64,000 nt of DNA from Alphaproteobacteria bacterium. Its GTDB lineage: Bacteria; Pseudomonadota; Alphaproteobacteria; MPNO01. Each line of letters starts with the position of its first letter. The stretch's first letter is position 1. Made by a program: the position numbers and the translations under genes. Shown here piece by piece: positions 9,529 to 19,303 of this stretch. The stretch is from the NCBI GenBank assembly GCA_964291675.2, contig OZ219866.1, positions 3,040,001-3,104,000 of the forward strand, written 5' to 3'. The notes under the pieces were generated by a model. That model was not told where the DNA came from and searched no databases. It was given only the letters and a program-made list of their open reading frames with translations.

Positions 9529-10447
9529 CTTCTATGTTTCCATCATTGCGTCCGGAATGGCTAGCGACACGTTTGGCCTCTGTCGTGATTTCTTCGTCCA
9601 GTGATGCAAAGGTCACACGGTTCATCCCGGGCAATCCTCTGCCTGTCGCCAATTGATGGACGGCGTGTGTTAGTCCGGAACCGACTAGCAAAGACAGGTG
9701 CTCCGACTGCACCAGAGCGGTTAGCCAGGGTTCGATTCGTCCACGCAAAACGTTGGATTCGAACTCTTGGCCTGCCTTCACCCAAGTACATGTGGAAGAG
9801 CCATCGAGTACGAACCTACGGTGTTCGCTAGAGTCCGTAGGCGAAGTCGCCAAGCTGACTGGCGCAGTGTCATCCCTACACTTTATTGTTTGCATATCCG
9901 ACACCTGTTCACGTCCGTTTCACCTCGTCCCAATGCAAGACTGGCCATGCGAATTGTATCAGCAAGGAGCGATCTATAGAAAAGGTGCGACATCCCAGTA
10001 TGCATCGGTAGCTGTAGTCAAGTTCTGCTTCAGTGCGACTACATGAAAAAGATGAGAGCATTGGTTCGGCTAGCTCTAAACTCGGTCCTCGCTGGATCGC
10101 GGAAGTTGAATTGCGTGCACCACGCACGTTACGGGCTGCTGGGCCACAGAAAATACCTCCCGCTGTACGTCGTTTCCCCAACCGTGATCTACATGGGCAG
10201 TCGGCTAACTTCCGCACTCCGCTTGCAGTTGATAGACCTTGCGCCCCTTGCGGGCGACGACCGGATACGGGAGTCGACAACGATCTGAAACCGCTCCGTT
10301 TCAAATGGTTGAACGTCAACGTATGTGGGAACCGGACACGGGGTGCGTCGGAGAAGAAGGCTAACCGATGCCGGGACGACGGCTGCAAGAGCGATGGGAC
10401 GTAGGCGCCTGTTCCGGTTCCCCACTCATGTGACGCGGCCCACATTC

Positions 10448-10897
10448 TCAGTCTCCTTCCTCCGCACGTCGGCGGCTCGACGCGATAGCGGACAGGATTA
10501 TCCCATCGAGCTCGGGCTCGTCCCATCTCCCGGCCTCGGCCAGCGCCCGGTCCATCATGCGGACGAAGTGCGGGTCGCCCGCTTTCGCCTGGAACGTGTA
10601 GAGGCGATTGACCACTTGGCGCATCAGACGACCCATCTCGTCGGTGCCGATGCGCGACACCTCCGGCCAGGGGAGCCTTCGACCGTCCGCGTCGATCACC
10701 ACGACATCGGTGAAATCGCCAGTACGGGTGACCGGCTCAATCCCCGCGTGAATGTCCTCGAGCATCGTGTTGCGAACGCACATCACCGCCATCGACTTCG
10801 AGATGCTGGCGGTCAATTGCCGCTCGTGCTCATCCACCGTCCACCTCCGTCCTCCGCGCTCGCCACCGACAAGTTTCCGCCTTGTGAGACGCGCCAT
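10448..10897 (-). CDS. Hypothetical protein of mobile elements (start uncertain, possibly ~10840)
   Basis: MAVMCVRNTMLEDIHAG...DADGRRLPWPEVSRI looks protein-like, with coding codon usage. Confidence 0.55.
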   Translation of the reverse strand: MARLTRRKLVGGERGGRRWTVDEHERQLTASISKSMAVMCVRNTMLEDIHAGIEPVTRTGDFTDVVVIDADGRRLPWPEVSRIGTDEMGRLMRQVVNRLYTFQAKAGDPHFVRMMDRALAEAGRWDEPELDGIILSAIASSRRRAEEGD

Positions 10898-11214
10898 CCG
10901 GTCGGATTTTCGGCCCGGCCCGGCTCACGGATCGCTTGTGACGACTCAACCTTATTCGCGGTTCCGCACCTCGTATAGATAAACCCGGCGCGCCCTTCAC
11001 GTCTGGAAATCACGCCGGCCCCCTTCGCCCGTTGTCGACATGGCGATCTCCATCGCCCGGACGCCGCCACGCGTCCCTCAGGCGACAGGAATCTGGCCAC
11101 CTTCATCCGCTGAGCCGCAAGGAGGCGGAGCCCGGCGGGGGCCGGTCGAGACGCGCCCGCCCGAGCGAGGCGTCTCGCCGCTCAACGTCATGAGCCGGCC
11201 GGTGTTCGACGAGG

Positions 11215-11600
11215 ACGGCACCGCGACGCCGAGACGCCCGCCCGAAGGCCCGGTGCCGGGCGCCGCCAGCCAGAGGGCCGACACGCGCCCGATGCCCGCA
11301 AGCGCCCCGATGGTCCCGGCGAGGCCCGCGTTGGCATCCCCATCCTCGCCTGCCCCGGACAACGATCCGGGGGATACCGGACGCGCGGCCTCGAAGACGA
11401 GCGCCGCGAGGCGCGGACCCCGCCAGGTCTCGATGAGCGTCAGGCCGGTCGGCGCCGTCCTTCCGCCCGCATGGATTGCGTAGCCGGGCAGCACGTCCCG
11501 CCGGGCCACCGCGCGCACCAGCTTGACCAGCGCCGCCACATGCGGCTCGCCCGCGAGCGCCGGCATTGCCGGTCCGGAGCCCGCCGCGATGCCGCCGTTG
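11215..11600 (-). pseudogene. traK: TraK-like C-terminal remnant (inverted relative to the other tra genes; boundaries approximate)
   Basis: LVKLVRAVARRDVLPGY...IETWRGPRLAALVFE resembles the F-type TraK C-domain. Confidence 0.45.
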
Positions 11601-12008
11601 CGGATCGGCGCATGGACTCGTTCCATCCTCGACCGCGCGCTGGAACGCGCCGGCGAGACCGCGCGGCAAACCCTGCCCGGCTCGACCGCGCCCCTTCCGG
11701 CCGAACGGCATGCCGCAGGAATGGCGGGACCGCGTTCCGGCACGGCCGAAGTCCTGATCTTCAGCAGCCTGTCGGTGCTCCGGCACCGCGGCACGCCGCC
11801 CGGCACGACGATCACGGCGGGCACCCTCTCGATGCCCAACAGCCGGAACAGGCGCGGGTCGATGGCGACCCCCGCGTCATGGCCGCCGAGGCGCGCACCG
11901 ATCCGCTTCGCGGTCGCGGGCAGGCCGTCCTCCATGACGCCGCGCAGCACCAGCGGCGCACCGGCCCGGGCCGCCTCGCGCGCCCATTGCCGCCAGCTCG
12001 CGGCCGGC
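11600..12008. pseudogene. trbC: F-type TrbC split by an internal inversion
   Basis: + strand ...AEVLIFSSLSV ends at 11778; its continuation PAASWRQWAREAARAGAPLVLRG...IDPRLFRLLGIERVPAV is on the - strand from 12008 to 11779. Confidence 0.75.
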
Positions 12009-12299
12009 GCCGCCTGCAAGGTCTTCGGCCCGCTGCTCCGCGCCTTCAGCCTCCGCCACGGCCTCGACGTGCTCGCCGTCTCGCTCACCGGCGAGGCGCT
12101 GGAGGGCTGGCCGGAGGCGGTGGCCGACCGGGGGCGCGCCGCCCGGCTCGGCCTCGGCGACGCTCCCGTCCCCGCCCTCGTGCTGTTCGACACGGCCACG
12201 AAGCGGATCGTCCCCGTCGGCTTCGGCGTCATGGCCGAGGACGAGATGGCCGAACGCATCTACGCCCTCACCGCACTGGAGCCGGGCAATGACTATTGA
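12009..12299 (+). pseudogene. traF: TraF (thioredoxin-like) C-terminal remnant
   Basis: CKVFGPLL...VLAVSLTG...VPALVL...PVGFGVMAEDEMAERI; directly precedes traH. Confidence 0.7.
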
Positions 12300-13413
12300 T
12301 CTGAAGAAGGGCGCGGTCTGTGCCGCCCTGCTGCTGGCGCTGGCCGCGCCCGCCTCCGCCGACGTGCTCTCGGAGATCGCCGAGACCATGGCCAAGCTCC
12401 GGGCGCTGGCGCAGTGGGTCAACAGCCAGAACCTCAACTCCTGCGAGACCGCCCAGGCGCTGGTCGGCGCGGCGTGGTCGAAGAACGACCGGGCGAGCGC
12501 GTCGATCTGCGCCGCCATCGGGACTTCCCAGGGTATCTTCTCGGACTATGCTGCCGCCAAGCACGGCTGCGGCGCCGACGGCAAGCGCCACTCGACGCTC
12601 GCCGCCGCCTCGGGGCCGATGGCCGACCAGGTGCCGGTCAACGTCAACTACGCCTGGAAGGCGGTCCGGGCGTCCTCCTTCCTCGCCGGCGACACCCAGC
12701 TTGCCGAGTTCGCCATGGCGGTCACCGGCACGGTGATCGTCACCGCGCCCACCTCGGACGGCGATACCTCCGGCCCCCGCGTGCGGATTCTCGAACCGCT
12801 GGCGCTCGACCGCCGCGTCACCGAGACGCTGATGGAGGGCGGCGGGGCGCTCCCGGTCTACCGCTGCGACGAGAGCACGCGCTGCCTCAACCCGGCGCTG
12901 GGCACGGCGACGGTGCCGCCCAACCGGGGCTTCCGGGCGCGGGTGGCGGCGCTGCTGCGCGACATGGTCGACGCGGTGCGCACCGACACCGCCGTGCCCG
13001 CCCCCGCGCTCGGGCTGGTGAACCTCACCACGCTGCCGGTCTACCGGGTCGCCAACGCGGCGGCGGCCTACCGGGGCGCCGTCATCGACCAGGAGATGGA
13101 CGCGCTGGCCGAGGCCGTGGCGCTCGACGTGATGCAGGTGTGGCTCACGGACCTGCACCGCACGGTCGAGGAGCGCGCCGGGACGCTCGACATCGCCGAC
13201 GGCGAGCAATTGCGGCGCTGGCGCGAGGGCCTGCGCGCCAACCGCGTCGCGCTCGCCCGGCACCGGAACGAGGGGCTGGCGCGCTTCAACACGGCGTTGG
13301 CGGTGGTCGAGAAGCTGCGGCTGATCGAGACCGAGCTCGCGGGCGCGCTCTCGGCCGATCTGCGCGCGGCATTGGCCTTCGCGCGCGGCGGCGCCGGGGC
13401 GGGGTCGCGGTAG
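12289..13413 (+). pseudogene. traH: TraH with an internal in-frame deletion after the signal peptide
   Basis: Signal peptide, then NSQNLNSCETAQALV and NYAWKA; lacks the N-terminal GCGGID region; shorter than typical TraH. Confidence 0.7.
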
Positions 13414-14636
13414 ACCGTCCGGCCCTCGCCAACGAGGCCGGCAACTACAACGTCGCCGTCACGGGCAAGTCGGGCTCGGGCAAGTCGGTGCTGATGCAGG
13501 AGCTGGTCACCGGGCTGATCGGCGCCGGCGGCGAGGCCGTGGTGATCGACGACGGGCGGTCCTTTCAGCACACCGCCGAAGCCCTGGAGGGCGCGTTCAT
13601 CGCCTTCGGCAAGGACCCGGCCTGCCTCAACCCCTTCGCCATGATCGACGCCGGAACCGCCAATCACGACGGCGACTACCGCGAGGAGTGTTTCGCCATG
13701 CTGGCCGGCGTCATCGGGCGCATGGCCCGGCGCCGGGGCTCGATCGACGACATCGAGGCGGCGCTGATCGCCGAGGCGATCGCGGCGGCCTGGGACGAGG
13801 CCGGCAACGACGCCGATCTCGGCACGGTCAGGAAGAACCTCGAAGCAAGGGACGACCGCCGCGCCGCCGACATGGCGACCTCCCTCGGCCCCTGGTGCCC
13901 GGGCGGCGCGATGGGGAGGCTGTTCGCAGAAAGCAACGTCCCCGATCTGGAGAACGCGCTCACGGTGTTCGAGCTCGCCGAGCTCAAGGGCCGGGGCGAC
14001 GTCCAGGCGGTGGTGCTGATGCTGGTGGTCTTCCTCGCCACCCAGCGCATGTATCACGGGCCGCGCACGCGGGCGAAGGCCATCGTCATCGACGAGGCCT
14101 GGGACCTGCTCTCCGGCGAGGACAGCAAGGCGTTCCTCGAGGGCGCCGCGCGGCGCGCCCGCAAGTACCGCGGCGCGCTGATTACCGGCACCCAGTCGGT
14201 CAACGACTATTACGCCAACCCCGCCGCAAGGGCGGCCTGGGAGAACTCGGACTGGACGATCTTCCTCGCCCAGAAGGACGAGTCGGTCGAGCTGCTGAAG
14301 TCCGAGAAGCGCATCCACTGCGATCCCGGCATGGAGCGCGCGCTGAAATCTCTCACCACCGCGGACGGCCGCTATGCCGAGCTGGTGCTGCACGGCCCGG
14401 ACGGCTGGCGCGTCGCGCGCCTGGTGCTCGACGCCTGGTCGGTGGCGCTGTTCTCGTCGCGCGGCCCGGCATTCGCGGCGGTGGAAAACCTGAAGGCGCA
14501 GGGGCTGAGCACTGTCGAGGCCATCGACCGGATTGCCGGGGGCGCGCGCCCCGCAGGGGTCGTTCGCCCCGGGGACGCGGCCGGTCCTGCCTCTGCCGGA
14601 CATTCCGAAACGACCGACACGGGAGAGCGCCCATGA
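13414..14636 (+). pseudogene. traC: TraC (VirB4 ATPase) C-terminal half, 5' truncated
   Basis: NYNVAVTGKSGSGKS, IDDGRS, LNPF, IDEAWDLL, ARKYRG..TGTQS; no start codon or N-terminal domain. Confidence 0.85.
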
Positions 14637-15265
14637 CATCCAAACGAAACCCCGGAAGAGAGCAAGGCGCCCTTCGCTGGCCGGACGACCCGGAGACGGT
14701 GACGGCCGCCGACATCGACTTCACCGCGCTCGCCCATGTGCTGGCTAATACCTGCCGCCGGGGCGGGTGCATGCGCGGCTACCACTCGGTCGCGGCGCAC
14801 GCGGTCATCGTCTCGGAAGAGATCGAGGCGCTCGATGGGCTCGGCGACGAGGACCGGCGGCGGCTGGCCCTGCACGCGCTGGTCGCCAGCGCGCCGTCCG
14901 CCTGGCTCCGGGGGCACCTGCCGGACTCGCAGCGCGCCGCCGAGCGGGCCGGCAAGCTCGCAACGGCGATCGAGACGGCGGTACGAGAGGCGGCGGGGCT
15001 GGATGCCGTGCTCGACGAGGAACACGCGGAACTGCTCCGTTTCGTGACCCGCATGGCGGCGGCGGCCGAGAGGCGCGACCTGCTCGATGGAAGCCTGTCC
15101 GCCGGCGCCGGCGTCGCCTTCCCGCCGCTCAAGCGGCGCCTCCGCCCGGTGGCGCCCGACAAGGCCGCCGAGGCCTGGCTCGCCCGGTTCCGCGCGCTTG
15201 CGGGCGACCGGGCAGCGTTGCGGCGGGCAGGCGGCGAGGGAGCGGACGATGCGCCCGCGTCCTGA
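14633..15265 (+). CDS. HD-domain-like (YfdR/5'-deoxynucleotidase-like) protein, degenerate motif
   Basis: DIDFTALAHVLANTCR.GG...YHSVAAH...ALHA. Confidence 0.55.
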   Translation: MTSKRNPGREQGALRWPDDPETVTAADIDFTALAHVLANTCRRGGCMRGYHSVAAHAVIVSEEIEALDGLGDEDRRRLALHALVASAPSAWLRGHLPDSQRAAERAGKLATAIETAVREAAGLDAVLDEEHAELLRFVTRMAAAAERRDLLDGSLSAGAGVAFPPLKRRLRPVAPDKAAEAWLARFRALAGDRAALRRAGGEGADDAPAS

Positions 15266-15491
15266 CCGGCGCCGGCCCGCGGCGAACGGCATCGCCGTGG
15301 AGCGGGACGCGGAGACGGTGTTCCGCGCCGCCATCCTGGCGGGCGTTCTGTCGGCCGAACCGGGCGCGCGCAACTGGGCGGGCCACTACCTCTACATGTT
15401 CCACGACGAGGACGGCACCGCCTGGTTCAAGCACCGGGACACCCGCGCCCATGTGAGGATGACCGCGCGGCGGGCGGGGAACGCGGCATGA
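15249..15491 (+). CDS. Small hypothetical protein in the tra cluster
   Basis: Coupled to its neighbours; YLYMFHDEDGTAWFKHRDTR. Confidence 0.5.
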   Translation: MRPRPDRRRPAANGIAVERDAETVFRAAILAGVLSAEPGARNWAGHYLYMFHDEDGTAWFKHRDTRAHVRMTARRAGNAA

Positions 15492-15865
15492 GCGAGCTTC
15501 GCCTGCTGGCCTGCGCCGTGCTGCTCTCGGGCGGCGTGGCGGCGGCGGTGGCCGCGGCGACGGTGCGGCTTGCCGCGCCCGAGGCGCCGCGCATCGCGTC
15601 GGTCCGTCTCGGGGAGATGACCGCGGCCTGGACGACGCGCGCCGCGGCGGATGGCCGGACCGCCGAGGACGCGCGCGCCTGGGGCGGGGCGCTGGAGGCC
15701 GCGCTCGGCCGGGTGGCTGAAACGCATCGCGTCGTTCTCCTCCCGGCCCGGGCGGTCGCCGCCGGGGCGCCGGACCTGACGCACGAGGTCGAGGCGGCGC
15801 TCGCGGCGGTGCTCGCGCGCGGCCGGACGGACGGCGGCGTGCCGGTCCCGGGAGGCGGGGAATGA
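15488..15865 (+). CDS. trbI: F-type TrbI-like protein
   Basis: N-terminal TM segment, IASVRL, VVLLPARAVAAGAPDLT; position after traC. Confidence 0.65.
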   Translation: MSELRLLACAVLLSGGVAAAVAAATVRLAAPEAPRIASVRLGEMTAAWTTRAAADGRTAEDARAWGGALEAALGRVAETHRVVLLPARAVAAGAPDLTHEVEAALAAVLARGRTDGGVPVPGGGE

Positions 15866-16116
15866 CCGCGCGGCGCCGGAAGATCGGCCTCGCGGTCATG
15901 ATCGCGCTGGCGGCGCTGTGGCTGGGCGCGGCCTCGCGCGTCCACGTCAATGCGAGCTGGTCGGACGAAGCCTGGGGCTACGCCGCCTTCCCGCTGTTCG
16001 GCGAAGAGCCGGCGGTCGGCGACCGGGTGCTGTTCGAGCCGCCCGATGCGGTCGAATCCCCGGTGCCGTATCTCAAGACGGTGCGCGGCGTGCCGGGGAT
16101 GCGCGTGACGGTCGGA
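15862..16116 (+). pseudogene. S26 conjugal transfer peptidase (TrhF-like), 3' truncated
   Basis: VNASWS...GDRVLF..P...YLKTVRGVPG then an abrupt junction with opposite-strand FN3 DNA. Confidence 0.65.
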
Positions 16117-17490
16117 GAGCCGGACCGAGGTGCCGGCGGACCAGCCCGGATCGGAACTACCGATAATTGCAGCACCCCCAATCGAATACTCTGTCGTGCC
16201 GACGCAGAACTTCAGGGCACGAAGTGCAGTATTTGCTGGAATAGGAGTAAACGCGGCTTGCAGCGGGTTGCTCGCAGGGGGATTGAAGTCAGCCACGACA
16301 GTGAAACTATAAGTCGTGCCGCCGACCGTGAACTCGTTGTCAGATAACAGTGAGTTGCATTGAGCTTGAGTTACGCAGCCAACGCCTCCGCTGCCTGAGG
16401 TAAACGCCTGCGGCGTCAGCGTCGCGCACCAGATTTCGCCGGTCGCCAGGGTGCAGGCGGCGGCCGGCATGCCCGTGTCGACGACCCAGTCGCTGTTGCC
16501 GTTGGCGTTCACCGCGCGCACCCGCACCCGGTAGGGCGTGCCGTTGGTCAGGCTCGAAATCCGATGCGAGGCCGCCGTGCCGCTGTGGCTGGCGTCCACC
16601 CAGCCCGCGGATGCCGCGCCCGTGGTCACCGCCGCGTCGTTGGCGACCGTGCCCGAGTCCGCCGAGGTGTAGTGCACGTCGTAGCCCGTCACCGTCCCCG
16701 ACGGCGCCGTCCACGACAGGTCCAGCTTCGTGTCGCCCGCCGAGACGTTCAGCCCCGTCGGCGCGGCGGGCGGGTCGGAGGATCCGGACTGCGCCGCCGA
16801 GCCGTTGACGCGGATTCTGTAGGACTCGCCCGACAACAAGGTCCTGGCGGGGTTGCCATAGTAGCTGCTGTTCCCGACGCTCCAGCCTGTGGCGGCTCCC
16901 GAATCCTCATTGCCCGAAGTCGTCGTCACCAGACTCAGACTCGAGCCTGCGCTAAAGAAGGGAAAGTACAGGAAATACGTGGTGTCCGCGGCAAGCGTGG
17001 TGCCCGAAGGCGCCGCGAACGCGACGTTGACGGTGCCGGCGGCGCTGCCGAGGGTCGACGGGACCGTCAGGTCCGCGATTTTCTCGTTCGGCTTCCCGAT
17101 GTTCGTTCCACTGTCGAAAGCGGACCAGAGCTGCGCCTTCACGTTATTGCGCTGTCCGGTGGTCAGGGCGGTGTATGTCCGAATCCTCGCCTCGATGCTC
17201 TCGAGGGTATAACCGTCGGCGTTGCTTCCGGTCGTGAAGCCCTGCGCGCGCGCGATAGTGAATCGCCAGTTGGAATCTAGGCCCGCCGTCTGCCCGATGT
17301 TGCTCACCAGCACGTCGGCGGCGGCCGGCGCGGCGGCGAAGGGGGAGAGCGCGCCGAGCAGCAGCGCGAGGGCGGGGAGGAGTAGGGAGAGGCGGGCGCA
17401 GCGGCGCCCGGGACGCGGGTCAGGCCTGCGCGGAGACTCTGACGGGGAAGCCGGCTTGCGCGCGCCGGCCGGGCGCCGGGCGCAGGTCAT
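16115..17490 (-). pseudogene. Secreted fibronectin type III/adhesin-like protein, 3' truncated (upstream in-frame ATG at 17727)
   Basis: Signal peptide ending AAA|DVLVSNIGQ, AQGFTTGSN.DGYTL domain, FN3 (PAAPTGL...LSWTAP...GYDVHY...YRVRVRAVN). Confidence 0.7.
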
Positions 17491-17725
17491 GCCGCTGGGC
17501 CGCTGGGCCGCTGGGCCGCTGGGCCGCTGGGCCGCTGGGCCGCTGGGCCGCTGGGCCGCTGGGCCGCTGGGCCGCTGGGCCGCTGGGCCGCTGGGCCGCT
17601 GGGCCGCTGGGCCGCTGGGCCGCTGGGCCGCTGGGCCGCTGGGCCGCTGGGCCGCTGGGCCGCTGGGCCGCTGGGCCGCTGGGCCGCTGGGCCGCTGGGC
17701 CGCTGGGCCGCTGGGCCGCTGGGCC
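17491..17725. repeat. Perfect 8-bp tandem repeat (GCCGCTGG)x29 plus GCC
   Basis: Read directly from the sequence. Confidence 0.95.
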
Positions 17726-17727
17726 AT

Positions 17728-17785
17728 TATACCCGCCCGAGGCGGGGGCCGGTGTCTATACCCGCCCGAGGCGGGGGCCGGTGTC
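17728..17785. repeat. Exact 29-bp tandem duplication
   Basis: TATACCCGCCCGAGGCGGGGGCCGGTGTC at 17728-17756 and 17757-17785. Confidence 0.9.
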
Positions 17786-18140
17786 AAGCCCCGGGCCGCA
17801 TCCTCGCGGCTCTCGTCGATGGTCCCGCCTTCACGCGCAACCGCGAACACGGCGGCGCGCGCCCGCGCCACATCGGGCCTCTCAAGCCGCATCGATTAGC
17901 TCCATACTCAGTAAACGCCGATCGGACGGGCAGCCATGCCCGCAAGGCTTTCTATCACAACGACCGCGTGGTAATTGTACGGTTATCGAGGAATTTCATT
18001 TGGATTTCGTTGATGTCGGAAAAAAATTATCTGCCGCATCCGCCGCCCGGGCCGGCGGCCCGGTGCGGGCGCCGCCGGGCATCGCGGCCTGCGGCTTGCC
18101 TGGCCCGCCCGCGCCGTCGTCCGCCACCGGGGAGAAACGC

Positions 18141-18685
18141 GTGAAGAGCCGCGAAGAACTCGAACGCGCGAACGAAGAGCTCGAACGCGGGAACGAGGTT
18201 CTGGAGGAGCGCATCTCGATGCTGAGCGCGGCCGTGCTGCGCCTCGGATCGAGCCTCGACCTCGCCACCGTGCTGCAGGAGGCCGCCGACAGCGCCCGCG
18301 CGCTCTGGTCAAGCCCTTCTCGGCGACCGAGCTGACGGCGCGCATCCAGGCGGCCTTGCGCAAGCACGCCGGCCCGGAGACCTTCGTCCTCGGCGACCTC
18401 GCCGTCCACTACGACGAACGGCGGGTCACGGTGGGCGGCCGCCCGGTGCCGCTCACCGCCACCGAGTTCGACCTCCTGCGCCTGCTGACGCTGAACGCGG
18501 GCCGGGTCTCGACCTACGAATCGCTGATCCGGCAGCTCTGGAACGGGCCGGACGCCGCCGAGCCGGCCCGGGTGCGCACCTTCGTCAAGCAGATGCGGGA
18601 CAAGCTCGGCGATGACCCGAAACGGCCGGCCTGGATCCTCAACGTGCGCGGCGTCGGCTACCGCGTGCCGAAGCCGGACGAGTAG
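18141..18685 (+). pseudogene. Hybrid sensor/response regulator remnant: GAF-lead helix joined out of frame to the end of a REC domain and an OmpR/KdpE-type wHTH
   Basis: SSLDLATVLQEAADSARAL, then in another frame LVKPFSATELTARI...LTATEFDLL...NVRGVGYR. Confidence 0.75.
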
Positions 18686-19303
18686 CGCGGGTCCGGCGAG
18701 GCCGGACATGCAGTGCCGGAGGGAACGCGCCATTGAAAGCAGCGCGCACCACGAACCGGGCGCAATCCTCAGACCGGGGAGCCCGTCGCCATCGCGGCGT
18801 CGAGGGCGCCGTCGTTCAAGCCCGCGAAGGCGCTGCGCGACGCGGTCAACGGCTAACAGGGCGGAACGGGTTCGGCGCCCCGCACGTCATCCCGCCAGCG
18901 TAGCCGCAGCCGTGCACACGAGCGTCGGGTCGTGCTCCGTGAGTTCCGCAACATTTGGGGCAGGGAGGAGTTGGGGGGAAACGTTGAAATTCGCCAGACG
19001 CGCGAACGCCTGCGCAGACCAGCGGCCGACATCGGCTCCCTCGCGCGCGGGAATCCTTATATGGCGAGCCGCAGGATTGCTCCGACGACTGCGCTGCGGG
19101 CCAGTGCGCGCGGCTGATGCACCACCTGGAACCCTGCCGCTTACGGTGCCGGACAGCTCACCGCTCACGGATCCGGGGATCAACAGCCATCACGGATATC
19201 GGGGCCAAGCGCATCTGGTGCCCACGGCCTTGGGGAGTGCTTACCAGTGGCCCTTGCTCTGTGAGTGGCGTAGCGACCAAATCGACAAACTGAGGAACCT
19301 GGA

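Larger units (their letters stand above)
7037..9904 (-). pseudogene. SIR2-like NADase of the Sir2-HerA system, interrupted by IS256
   Basis: LLVGSGL (N part, 9529-9904); FTTNYD, KLHGSVDW, GYSFGDEHIN (C part, 7037-8070); removing the IS and one TSD gives a 1410-nt in-frame ORF (GNIE|DQIR); stop overlaps the herA start. Confidence 0.9.

Noticed and set aside
12414-14636. 740-aa full-length TraC
   Set aside because: The first ~330 aa are an off-frame overlap of traH; TraC similarity starts only at ~13414.
17491-17725. CRISPR array or Chi-site cluster
   Set aside because: Pure 8-bp tandem repeat with no spacers and no cas genes; the unit is not the E. coli Chi sequence GCTGGTGG.
15427-17892. 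821-aa ORF as one real protein
   Set aside because: Its C-terminal ~230 aa are antisense read-through of trbI/peptidase DNA, and its extreme N-terminus is repeat/promoter sequence.
18690-19300. oriT or ncRNA in the long intergenic region
   Set aside because: No recognisable nic motif or RNA family by eye, and no relaxase remains in the element.
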